DNA of 62,910 nt, the filler included. It is 5 parts of 5 records of this genome, joined end to end, with 100 filler letters (N's around TTAATTAATTAA, not from the genome) between each part and the next. Parts side by side here need not be neighbours in the genome. Positions count along the whole stretch, not along the records: positions 1 to 25,621 come from DRR723986_22280; positions 25,722 to 32,706 come from DRR723986_22310; 3 more parts are not named here. The stretch is one strand, 5' to 3'. The notes below the pieces were generated by a model. The model saw only the letters and a list, made by a program, of their open reading frames with translations. It was not told the DNA's origin and did no database searches. This document shows positions 20,643 to 29,423 of this stretch, piece after piece. The number at the start of each line of letters is the position of its first letter. The first letter of the stretch is position 1. The translations under genes and the position numbers were made by a program.

Positions 20643-21401
20643 ATGAAGACAATCGTAATTCTATTTTCAACTTTTTCCTTGTTTTATTCAGCGATTTTCG
20701 GAAACCTTAATAAGGAGGAAGAAATCACTTTTTTCATGGTGGGTGATTCAACGATGGCAGATAAACCTTATGCAGGGAGCAATCCGGAAAAAGGTTGGGG
20801 GCAGGTTTTTCCACTGTATTTCAAAGAAGGAATTCGCTTCGAAAATCATGCGGTGAATGGGAGAAGTACCAAAAGCTTTCGAGAGGAAGGACGCTGGGAT
20901 GTGGTGATGGATCGTATCAAGCCTGGAGATTATGTGATTGTAGAGTTTGGGCACAATGATCAGAAAATCAATTCTGCAGATCGCTATGCATTTGCAGATT
21001 CTACCTACCGCGATAATCTTATTAGATATGTCAATGAGATTCGCGAAAAAGGTGGTACTGCAGTTTTGGCAACGCCGATATCCAGAAGAAGTTTTGATGA
21101 GAATGGTGTGTTAACTGATACGCATGGCCGGTATTCCGAAGTCGTACGTGAAGTGGCAGCTGAGATGGAAGTGCCCCTGTTCGATCTTCATGCAAAAACG
21201 ATTACTTTAATAGAGCAGTTTGGAGTAGAAAAATCCAAGGAATTGTTTCTTCATTACCGTTCAGGCGATTATTCTCAATTTCCCGAAGGAAGAGCTGATA
21301 ATACCCATCTTTCCCCGACTGGAGCTTTTAAAGTGAGTGATTTGGCTGTGGAAGAATTGAGAAGGGAATTGCCTGAGTTGGCTAAGTTTCTGAAAGACTG
21401 A
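20643..21401 (+). CDS. CE12 rhamnogalacturonan/pectin acetylesterase (SGNH)
   Basis: GDSTM, GWGQ, NGRSTKSF, FGHND, DNTH. Confidence 0.92.
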   Translation: MKTIVILFSTFSLFYSAIFGNLNKEEEITFFMVGDSTMADKPYAGSNPEKGWGQVFPLYFKEGIRFENHAVNGRSTKSFREEGRWDVVMDRIKPGDYVIVEFGHNDQKINSADRYAFADSTYRDNLIRYVNEIREKGGTAVLATPISRRSFDENGVLTDTHGRYSEVVREVAAEMEVPLFDLHAKTITLIEQFGVEKSKELFLHYRSGDYSQFPEGRADNTHLSPTGAFKVSDLAVEELRRELPELAKFLKD

Positions 21402-21415
21402 TAAACTAAAAATAT

Positions 21416-21799
21416 ATGAAATTTGAACATTTTGCTCTCAACGTGAGCGATGCATCATCAGCTGCAAGATGGTACGAGGAGCATCTCGGATTACGAATAG
21501 TTAAGAAAATGGAAGAATCGCCTTTCATGACTTTTCTAGCAGATGACAGTGGGACGGTGATGATAGAGATTTATTCCAATCCAAAAGGCGAAACGCTGGA
21601 ATTCGAAAAACTACATCCGTTGGCGGTACATTTAGCTTTGGTGTCAGAAAACCCGACAGCAGATAAAAAGAGGTTGATAGCAGCAGGGGCTACTGAATTT
21701 TCAGATGATATTTTACCGGATAAATCCCATCTTGTGATGCTAAGAGACCCTTGGGGTGTTTGTTTGCAGCTTTGTAAGCGAACCACTCCAATGATTTAG
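21416..21799 (+). CDS. VOC/glyoxalase family protein
   Basis: FEHFALNV, WYEEHLG, HLAL, LRDPWG. Confidence 0.85.
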   Translation: MKFEHFALNVSDASSAARWYEEHLGLRIVKKMEESPFMTFLADDSGTVMIEIYSNPKGETLEFEKLHPLAVHLALVSENPTADKKRLIAAGATEFSDDILPDKSHLVMLRDPWGVCLQLCKRTTPMI

Positions 21800-21889
21800 C
21801 CAATGAGGTCAACTAAATTTTGCAAAGCAGGAAATAATTGAGCGTAGGTTTTATCTTAGAGGGTATCACTAATAGAATTAGCTTATTCC

Positions 21890-22900
21890 ATGATAGATCT
21901 TTTACTCCCTTTCGAGCAAATCAGCAAAACGCTTGAGCAAATACTACTTAAATATGGCTTTACAGAAGAGCGGGCGCAGCGATGTGCCTTTCTTTTTGCC
22001 AAGGCTGATCTGGATGGAGTGCGCTCTCATGGCGTAAATCGCTTTTTGCTTTTCCTTGATTTTATCAAAAAAGGATTAGTTAATCCTGATAAAGAGCCTG
22101 CTGTTTTGAGTCAACTTGGCATGTTTGAGCGCTGGGACGGACAGAAAGGTGTGGGGAATCTCAATGCTGATTTTGCGATGAATCGTGCAATTCAGCTTTC
22201 CAAAGAATTTGGAATTAGTTGTGTCACCTTGCAAAATACCAATCACTGGATGCGTGGCGGGAATTTCGGCTGGCAAGCAGTGGAAGCTGGATGCATTGGA
22301 ATTTGCTTTACGAATACAATTCCTAACATGCCAGCCTGGGGAGGAAGTGAACCAAAAATCGGAAATAATCCACTCGTGATCGCAATCCCCCGGGAAAATG
22401 GCCCAGTAGTCTTGGATATGGCTTTTACTCAGTTTGCTTATGGAAAATTGAGTATAGCCAGAGCCAAAGGAGAGCAAATGCCCTATGAGGCAGGTTTTGA
22501 CTTGGAAGGAAATCTCACCAAAGATCCAGGTACAGTAATTGATAATCATCTGGGCTTACCGATTGGTCTGTGGAAAGGATCAGGTCTAAGTATGGTGCTG
22601 GATTTATTGGCTGCTGTACTTTCTGGTGGGAATGCATCTTTTGAAGTGGGGAAATCTGGACATGAAAGTGCGGTTTCTCAGGTTTTCCTTTGCTTTGATC
22701 CCGCCAAACTTGAACTTAAGGACTGGATAGAAACCAAGTCAGATGCACTGATCGAAGACTTGAAAAACTCTTCGACTTTTGATAATAAGTCGGTAAGGTA
22801 TCCAGGAGAAAATACTTTAGAAACCCGGAATAGAAACCTCAAAAAAGGAGTCCCAATTTCTGAAAGACTTTGGGAGGAACTTCAAAATGAATTGAAATAA
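21890..22900 (+). CDS. yiaK: 3-dehydro-L-gulonate 2-dehydrogenase (2,3-diketo-L-gulonate reductase), Ldh_2 family
   Basis: DGVRSHGVNRF, NTNHWMRGG, MPAWG, GNNPLV, WKGSGLS, RYPG. Confidence 0.85.
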   Translation: MIDLLLPFEQISKTLEQILLKYGFTEERAQRCAFLFAKADLDGVRSHGVNRFLLFLDFIKKGLVNPDKEPAVLSQLGMFERWDGQKGVGNLNADFAMNRAIQLSKEFGISCVTLQNTNHWMRGGNFGWQAVEAGCIGICFTNTIPNMPAWGGSEPKIGNNPLVIAIPRENGPVVLDMAFTQFAYGKLSIARAKGEQMPYEAGFDLEGNLTKDPGTVIDNHLGLPIGLWKGSGLSMVLDLLAAVLSGGNASFEVGKSGHESAVSQVFLCFDPAKLELKDWIETKSDALIEDLKNSSTFDNKSVRYPGENTLETRNRNLKKGVPISERLWEELQNELK

Positions 22901-23940
22901 TGCGAAAATTTAAAATAGGAATAGTTGGAACTGGTGCGATCACTGGAAAGCATGCAGATGCTATCAATGAAATCGATAATGCTGAATTAGTAGCGCTTTG
23001 CAGCAGTTCACCTGAGCGGGCAAAAGCTGCACAGGACAAATTCGGTATTGACACATATGCTGATGTTTCTGCTTTTTTAACCCATCCCGAGCTTGATATT
23101 GTATGCATTTGCACAGCGAGTGGTCACCACATGGAAGCTGGTTTATTGGCAGCAAAAGCTGGTAAACATTTGTTGATTGAAAAACCAATTGAGATTAATT
23201 TGACTAGAGCAGATCGGTTGATCTCTGCTTGTGAAGAAAATGGAGTGAAGCTTGGAGTCATTTTTCAAAATCGCTTTTCTGCAGATTATCTTAAGCTAAA
23301 AGCAGCGGTTCAAGAAGGGAGATTTGGGAAACTTCTGATGGGAAATGCACATGTGAATTGGTATAGAGTGCCTGAGTATTACAGTAGCAGCCCATGGAAA
23401 GGAACACTAGAAGGAGATGGAGGTGGCGCTTTTATGAATCAGGGAATTCACACATTTGATTTGTTGCTTGATATCATGGGCGATGTGAAGTCAGTTTTTG
23501 CAAAAGTAAAAACCTCGCTGCACCCTATAGAAGGAGAAGATCTGGGGGCTGCTTTGGTGACTTTTGAAAATAAAGCTTTGGGAAATATTACGGCTTCAAC
23601 GGCTTTGTATCCAGGCTTACCTGAACGTTTGGAGATTTTTGGAAAGTGTGGGTCAGCTGTGTTGGAAGCGGGGAAGTTGATTCAATGGAGCATTCAAGGC
23701 GAAGAGCCAGAGCCAATTGTTACTGATACGAATGCTGGTTCTGGGGCTGCAGATCCGATGGCAATTGGACATGCGCTTCATAAAGCTCAGTGGAAGCATT
23801 ACCTAAATGCTTTAGAAAATGATGAGCCAGTATTAGTAGAAGGAAATATGGCTCGGAAATCAGTTGAGCTGATCCGAGCCATATATAAGTCTTCAGAACT
23901 TGAAAGAAAAGTTGAGCTCCCTTTTCTTGATCATGCTTAG
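22900..23940 (+). CDS. Gfo/Idh/MocA family oxidoreductase
   Basis: GIVGTGAI, HLLIEKP, GGGAFMNQGIHTFD. Confidence 0.9.
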   Translation: MRKFKIGIVGTGAITGKHADAINEIDNAELVALCSSSPERAKAAQDKFGIDTYADVSAFLTHPELDIVCICTASGHHMEAGLLAAKAGKHLLIEKPIEINLTRADRLISACEENGVKLGVIFQNRFSADYLKLKAAVQEGRFGKLLMGNAHVNWYRVPEYYSSSPWKGTLEGDGGGAFMNQGIHTFDLLLDIMGDVKSVFAKVKTSLHPIEGEDLGAALVTFENKALGNITASTALYPGLPERLEIFGKCGSAVLEAGKLIQWSIQGEEPEPIVTDTNAGSGAADPMAIGHALHKAQWKHYLNALENDEPVLVEGNMARKSVELIRAIYKSSELERKVELPFLDHA

Positions 23941-25583
23941 AGAGAAACTCCTCTTTTCCAAGGGATAAAGTCGTCTTGGCCAAGAATCATTGCTTTTGAT
24001 TTCTCTTCGCCACTTGCTACTTTGATGACTTTCTCCAGGATTTCCTCGCCCATTTGCTGGATGTTTTTCTCTCCTGAGATTACAAAACCTGTGTTGATAT
24101 CTATGATATCCGGCATGCGTTCAGCGAGTTTGTGATTGGAGGAAACTTTGATCACAGGCGTGACAGGATTGCCAGTAGGTGTACCTAGGCCTGTTGTGAA
24201 TAAAATCATATTTGCGCCAGCACCGGCCATTGCAGTGGTGCTTTCTACGTCATTTCCAGGGGTACAGAGCAAATTTAATCCTGGAGTCTTTACGTATTCG
24301 CCATAATCGAGTACATCTGTTACTGGAGAAGTTCCTCCTTTTTTGGCAGCTCCGGAAGATTTCATTGCATCTGTGATCAGTCCATCTTTGATATTCCCTG
24401 GGCTTGGGTTCATATCGAATCCTGAACCAGAAGCTTCAGCTGCTGCTGCGTAAAGTCGCATTAGGGTTGAAAAACGCTCAGCTTTTTCATCAGAGACGCA
24501 TCTATTGATGAGCTCTTGCTCTACACCGCAAAGCTCAGGAAATTCAGAAAGTATGGCTATTCCGCCGAGCGCTACAATCAAATCAGCAGCATAGCCTACA
24601 GCAGGGTTTGCTGAGATTCCAGAGAATCCATCAGATCCACCACATTCCAGACCGACCACTAGTTTGCTCAAAGGAGCAGGCTGACGGGTTTGTGTGTTAG
24701 CGCTAGCCATTCCAATAAATGTTTCTTTGATCGCTCGGGTAAGCATTTGCTGCTCGGTCCCCTCTACTTGTTGCTCCAGAATGATCAAAGGCTTTTTGAA
24801 ATCCGGGTTGATGAGGCGAAGCTTTTCTTCCATAAAAGAAGACTGTGCGTTTTGACAGCCTAAACTTAAGATGGTAGCTCCGGCTACGTTGGGATTGTTG
24901 ATATAGCCAGCGATAAGGGCGCACAGTGCCTGAGAATCTGTTCTTGTGCCACCGCAGCCTACTTGGTGATTTAGGAATTTGATTCCATCAATATTTTCAA
25001 ATAGTCTTTCTTCGGCTTTTTCTGTAAAGGTCTCAACAGAAACTGAGTCAAATGAATCTTTTTGACCTGACTTATACAGGCTAGCCATCTCCCTCACCAT
25101 TTTTTTGAAAGGATTTGGCTTGCCGAAACCAAGTTCTTCTAGAAAAGCGTCTTTGATGATATCCACATTTCTATTTTCGCAGAAAACCATAGGGATCACC
25201 AGCCAATAATTGCCAGTTCCCACTTGTCCGTCAGGGCGATGGAAACCCTTGAAAGTTTTATCTTTGAACTTGGTAATATCAGGAGCATCCCATTGGTACT
25301 CGCCAGATTTTTCCCCAAAATCCTCTGCTTCGTGGGTGACATTCTGCGTGCTAAGGACAGCGCCAGAGGGTATAGTAGATAGAGTTTTTCCAACTATTCC
25401 GCCATACATAAAGACTTGATCACCTTTGCCTAATTCGTTGATTGCGAACTTATGCTTTGCTGGGATGAAGTCTTTGATTTTGATATTCAGGCCATTATGT
25501 TCTATTTGCTCACCTGCTGTAAGATCCTGCAAAGCTACCAAAACATTGTCCTTAGGATGAATTAATAATGTCTTATGGTTCAT
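23937..25583 (-). CDS. uxaA: Altronate dehydratase
   Basis: SAF N-terminus (IHPKDNVLVAL), LECGGSDGFSGISANP, NPSPGN, FTTGLGTP. Confidence 0.93.
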   Translation of the reverse strand: MNHKTLLIHPKDNVLVALQDLTAGEQIEHNGLNIKIKDFIPAKHKFAINELGKGDQVFMYGGIVGKTLSTIPSGAVLSTQNVTHEAEDFGEKSGEYQWDAPDITKFKDKTFKGFHRPDGQVGTGNYWLVIPMVFCENRNVDIIKDAFLEELGFGKPNPFKKMVREMASLYKSGQKDSFDSVSVETFTEKAEERLFENIDGIKFLNHQVGCGGTRTDSQALCALIAGYINNPNVAGATILSLGCQNAQSSFMEEKLRLINPDFKKPLIILEQQVEGTEQQMLTRAIKETFIGMASANTQTRQPAPLSKLVVGLECGGSDGFSGISANPAVGYAADLIVALGGIAILSEFPELCGVEQELINRCVSDEKAERFSTLMRLYAAAAEASGSGFDMNPSPGNIKDGLITDAMKSSGAAKKGGTSPVTDVLDYGEYVKTPGLNLLCTPGNDVESTTAMAGAGANMILFTTGLGTPTGNPVTPVIKVSSNHKLAERMPDIIDINTGFVISGEKNIQQMGEEILEKVIKVASGEEKSKAMILGQDDFIPWKRGVSL

Positions 25584-25599
25584 TAGAATTAATTATTAT

Positions 25600-25621
25600 A
25601 TTGCGCAATCGATTGCGCAAT
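25600..25621. promoter_or_regulatory. Perfect 22-bp LacI-type operator upstream of uxaA (at contig end)
   Basis: attgcgcaatcgattgcgcaat is a perfect palindrome with a central CG, 16 nt upstream of the uxaA start. Confidence 0.8.
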
Positions 25622-25721
25622 NNNNNNNNNNNNNNNNNNNNNNNNNNNNNNNNNNNNNNNNNNNNTTAATTAATTAANNNNNNNNNNNNNNNNNNNNNNN
25701 NNNNNNNNNNNNNNNNNNNNN
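25622..25721. other. Artificial contig linker
   Basis: N44-ttaattaattaa-N44; stops in all six frames; composition and taxon change across it. Confidence 0.98.
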
Positions 25722-26717
25722 ACCAATGCGGTGCACGTAATCTTCCGGCACATTCGGCAGGTCGACATTCACAACGTAGGGCAAGTGACTAATGTCCAAA
25801 CCGCGCGCGGCGATATCGGTGGCCACCAGCGCTTGAATCTTACCGCTTTTAAACTCTGCCAGCGCTTTGGTGCGGGCATTCTGGCTCTTGTTGCCGTGAA
25901 TCGGTGCCGAGGGAATGCCGCGTTCGTCGAGAAAACGGCTGAGTTTATTGGCGCCGTGTTTAGTGCGTGAAAACACCAGTACCTGATGCCAGCCATTCTC
26001 TTCGATTAATTTTGCCAGCAGTGCCGGTTTGCGTTTTTTATCGACCGGGCATATCCATTGTTCAACGCGTTCGGCGGTGCTGTTTGGCGGCGTTACCGAC
26101 ACTTCGACCGGATTGTTAACAATGCCCTTGGCAAGCTTGCGAATATCATCAGAGAAAGTCGCAGAAAACATCAAGTTCTGTCGCTTGGCGGGCAGCAGTG
26201 CCAGAATTTTGCGAATGTCGTGAATAAAGCCCATGTCCAACATGCGGTCGGCTTCATCCAGCACCAGTACTTCCAGTTCGTCAAAGCGAACAGCATTTTG
26301 TTGGTACAAGTCGAGCAGGCGGCCAGGGGTCGCCACCAAAATATCAACGCCTTTGCGCAGCTTCATCATCTGCGGGTTGATTTTTACGCCGCCGAAAACC
26401 ACCGTTGAACGCAGCGGCAGGTTCTTACCGTACTTGTGAACATTGTCGCCGATCTGGGCGGCGAGTTCGCGAGTCGGCGTTAGAATCAATGTGCGCGCCT
26501 GGTTGGAGGACGCACGCTTTCCTTTCGAGAGTATTTCCAAAATCGGCAGGGTAAAACCAGCGGTTTTGCCGGTGCCGGTTTGCGCGGCAGCCATGACATC
26601 GCGGCCGTCGAGTACGGCGGGAATCGCTTTCGCTTGAATAGGTGAAGGTGTGCTGTAACCGCTATCGGCAACGGCTTCTAGAATCGGGGCCGACAGGCCC
26701 AGGGAAGTAAACTGCAT
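25722..26717 (-). CDS. rhlE: DEAD-box RNA helicase RhlE (3'-truncated; start re-called at 26717)
   Basis: [42 protein letters not shown]. Confidence 0.9.
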
Positions 26718-26942
26718 AGATCGTCTCAATGTGGAAGGCGCAAGGGCGAGTGGCCGATGCCAATCGCGCGGGCTTCCTGTATTCAAAACCGCCGATTTTG
26801 GCGGCGGGCTAGCTTACGCGATAACGCGGGGCAGCACCAGATAAACGGCTAAAATTTAAACAGTGCAGGCGGGGTGCGCTGGAAATCGACAAGCCCCGCG
26901 AATGCGGGGCTAGGGCGTGTCATGGCCAAAAGCCACTTTCGC

Positions 26943-28970
26943 TTAGAAGCTGTAGCTAACAGACAAACGTATATCTCGCCCAGCCTCCCAGGGGCCGGCA
27001 ACCAGCTCATAGCCGGGTATCGCTGTATAATCACCAACACTGGAGTGATCGCGATAGTGTTTATCAAGCAGATTGATAACGGCAACGTTAAGGCTTAGCG
27101 CCTGAGTTGCTTGCCATTCAGCGAAAATATCAACTGTTGTGTAAGAGTCTTTGCTGAGCTGATACAGCTCGGGCACCCAGCCTTCATTAACGTCTTGATA
27201 AAGCGTATCCATCTTTAATTCTTCCACGTGGACGATATTTATACCGGTTTTTAGATCCGGTCTAGGTGTGTAGTCCACCCCGAAATTCCACGTATCGCCG
27301 CGTGAATTCCCCAAATGCCTGAATTCATAGGCACTGAGTTTTATCGAGCTAAAGTCTTGGGTGTAGTAACCCGCTTTTGGGTCGAACTCAGAGTCAACAT
27401 CGGAATATCCAGCGAAAATGTTGAAGTTGCCCCAGCGGTAGGCCATATCCAATTCGAATCCGCTGGTTTCTACGGTGCCCGCGTTGTCGTAGAGGTTGCC
27501 TGAGTAAAGCTGGTTAAAGATAACGTCTTCAATTTTGGATTCGAAAATCGCTAATTTCACGTTGAGGTTTTCATCCGAATACTCTGCGGAGGCTTCAATA
27601 TTCGAGACCGTTTCTCCTTTCAGGTCATTGTCAACGGCGACGCCCACACTCGGTTTTTCTATCGTAAAGCCGTCGCCAACTTCTTTGCCGCGGTACGCTT
27701 CGGCGTAACCTACGCCCAGCACCCAGTGCTCGGTAAGCTCGTAGGATAGGCCCGCATTTAGGCTGATATCTGAATCATCAAACTTACTTGGCTCTCCTGC
27801 ATCACCGGGTAAAACCTTCTGCTCAAATTCGTAGTCGTCGTAACGAACGCCATAGCTAAGCAATAGCTGGTTTGTTAACTGAGAGTGGGCTTGGGCATAG
27901 ATTCCAAGTACGTTGCCTTCTTCTCTAGCATTGAGTGGATCGCCGCTGTCAACTTGGTCATCCCGATAGTCCACACCATAAACAAGCCGGTGATCACCCA
28001 GTTGGCTGGTATTTCTAACATCAAAACCCGTGCTGCTAATCTCCGTAAACCAATCAAAGCGCCCTCCGGAAAATGATGAGGAGGTGTCGTACAGTGTGGC
28101 TTCTACGCTAAGCAGGTTACCTTGGTGCAGGGCGTAGTTTGCAACGTAAGTCTCTCGCTCTGCTTCGCTTGCATAGAGTGTCTCGCCAGGCTGAACATGC
28201 CAGTTGGGGCGGGCGCTAAAGTCGGCTTCTTCGTTACGGTTTTCATAACTCAGTGACAGCGACTGATTATCGCTGATACGTCCATTAATCTTGAGGAAGC
28301 CCAGGTTCTGGTCAGAGGCGGTTCCCAGAACTTCGTCGCCGTTTCCGTCTTCAAAGTTCTCGCGGTTGGTGTCGTTGTAATAGGCCAGAAATCCCCAGTT
28401 TTCAGCCAAGCGGCCGTATAGTGAAATGCTGTATTGATCGCCGTCGTTGGTAAAGTGGCTGGCTTTTACCTTACCCCCGAAGGCGTCACCCGGAGCGAGT
28501 AAATCATCAACATTTTTAGTTTTAAATCGAATCGCACCCCCGATGCTACCGGCGCCCGAAGTTGCTTCTCCAGCACCTGCCTGCACTTCCACTTGTTTTA
28601 ATAGATCCGGGTCGATGGTGACGCGGCCAATATGGTGAAACAAGGTGGATGTTTGTGGTGCGCCGTCAACCGTAACGTTGACGAAATTGTCTTCTAGGCC
28701 GCGGATATAAATCTTTTGCGCTATCCCTAAAGAGCCGCCTACGCTCACAGAGGGTGTGTGTCGAAAAACATCAACTAAGTGTTGCGCTTGATAGGACTGA
28801 ATCTGGTCAGCGGTAATTAATGCATTGGTTGCCTGGCCTACAACCGCCAAGGTTTCGATTGTGGTTTCTTGTTGCGTTTCTGGTTCCTCTTCGGCGAAGG
28901 CTGCAGTAGATAGCCCGCTCGCCGCCACAATCAGTGTCGTCAGTGCTTTTGTTCTCTTGGGGATGTACAT
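26943..28970 (-). CDS. TonB-dependent receptor, FrpB/FetA/VctA-like (start re-called at 28970)
   Basis: Signal peptide; TonB-box-like ETLAVVG; plug GGSLGIAQKIYIRG, LFHHIGR; NLLDKHY; terminal YSF. Confidence 0.9.
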   Translation of the reverse strand: MYIPKRTKALTTLIVAASGLSTAAFAEEEPETQQETTIETLAVVGQATNALITADQIQSYQAQHLVDVFRHTPSVSVGGSLGIAQKIYIRGLEDNFVNVTVDGAPQTSTLFHHIGRVTIDPDLLKQVEVQAGAGEATSGAGSIGGAIRFKTKNVDDLLAPGDAFGGKVKASHFTNDGDQYSISLYGRLAENWGFLAYYNDTNRENFEDGNGDEVLGTASDQNLGFLKINGRISDNQSLSLSYENRNEEADFSARPNWHVQPGETLYASEAERETYVANYALHQGNLLSVEATLYDTSSSFSGGRFDWFTEISSTGFDVRNTSQLGDHRLVYGVDYRDDQVDSGDPLNAREEGNVLGIYAQAHSQLTNQLLLSYGVRYDDYEFEQKVLPGDAGEPSKFDDSDISLNAGLSYELTEHWVLGVGYAEAYRGKEVGDGFTIEKPSVGVAVDNDLKGETVSNIEASAEYSDENLNVKLAIFESKIEDVIFNQLYSGNLYDNAGTVETSGFELDMAYRWGNFNIFAGYSDVDSEFDPKAGYYTQDFSSIKLSAYEFRHLGNSRGDTWNFGVDYTPRPDLKTGINIVHVEELKMDTLYQDVNEGWVPELYQLSKDSYTTVDIFAEWQATQALSLNVAVINLLDKHYRDHSSVGDYTAIPGYELVAGPWEAGRDIRLSVSYSF

Positions 28971-28994
28971 CTTGACTGGTCCTGCTCTTAAGAT

Positions 28995-29037
28995 ATTGAT
29001 GCAAATGGTAATGTGAACTATACTCATTTGCATCAAT
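28995..29037. promoter_or_regulatory. 13-bp perfect inverted repeat enclosing a Fur-box-like AT-rich array
   Basis: attgatgcaaatg-N17-catttgcatcaat in the divergent promoter of iron-uptake-type genes. Confidence 0.65.
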
Positions 29038-29141
29038 GCCGCAAGACAGGCTTCGCGTTAGATTGTTCTGCCCGTCGCGATAGGAGGGGCCTTTTGGGCT
29101 TGCTCTTTTCAGATTTATCTAAGTCTAAGTAATAAATTCAG

Positions 29142-29423
29142 GTGGTTAGCCAGGTGAGACGATCTCCTACTTCCCTTATGTCGCGAACGGCAGCGGGCCT
29201 ATTTGGCGGCTTTATTGTTGCGAATGCCGTGGGAGCGGCTCTGGCGAAGATTGCTCCAATGCCTCAAGCCGATGCGGCTGTGATGGCAATGATGCTTGGC
29301 TTCCTTATATATGCATTGGCGGCCCTTTGGGCGTTTTCCGCAACATCTGCCGGGGCGGCGTGGCTAGGGTTGTCTGGAGCGGCGTTTGTGTCGCTCTCCA
29401 TGTGGGGGCTGCTGAGTTTCTGA
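29142..29423 (+). CDS. DUF3649-like 3-TM membrane protein
   Basis: SRTAAGLFGG, MLGFLIYALAALWAF; stop overlaps the PepSY ATG. Confidence 0.75.
   Translation: MVSQVRRSPTSLMSRTAAGLFGGFIVANAVGAALAKIAPMPQADAAVMAMMLGFLIYALAALWAFSATSAGAAWLGLSGAAFVSLSMWGLLSF

Noticed and set aside
25666-25677. TTAATTAATTAA palindrome recurring four times within N runs
   Set aside because: Artificial six-frame-stop linker, not a biological repeat
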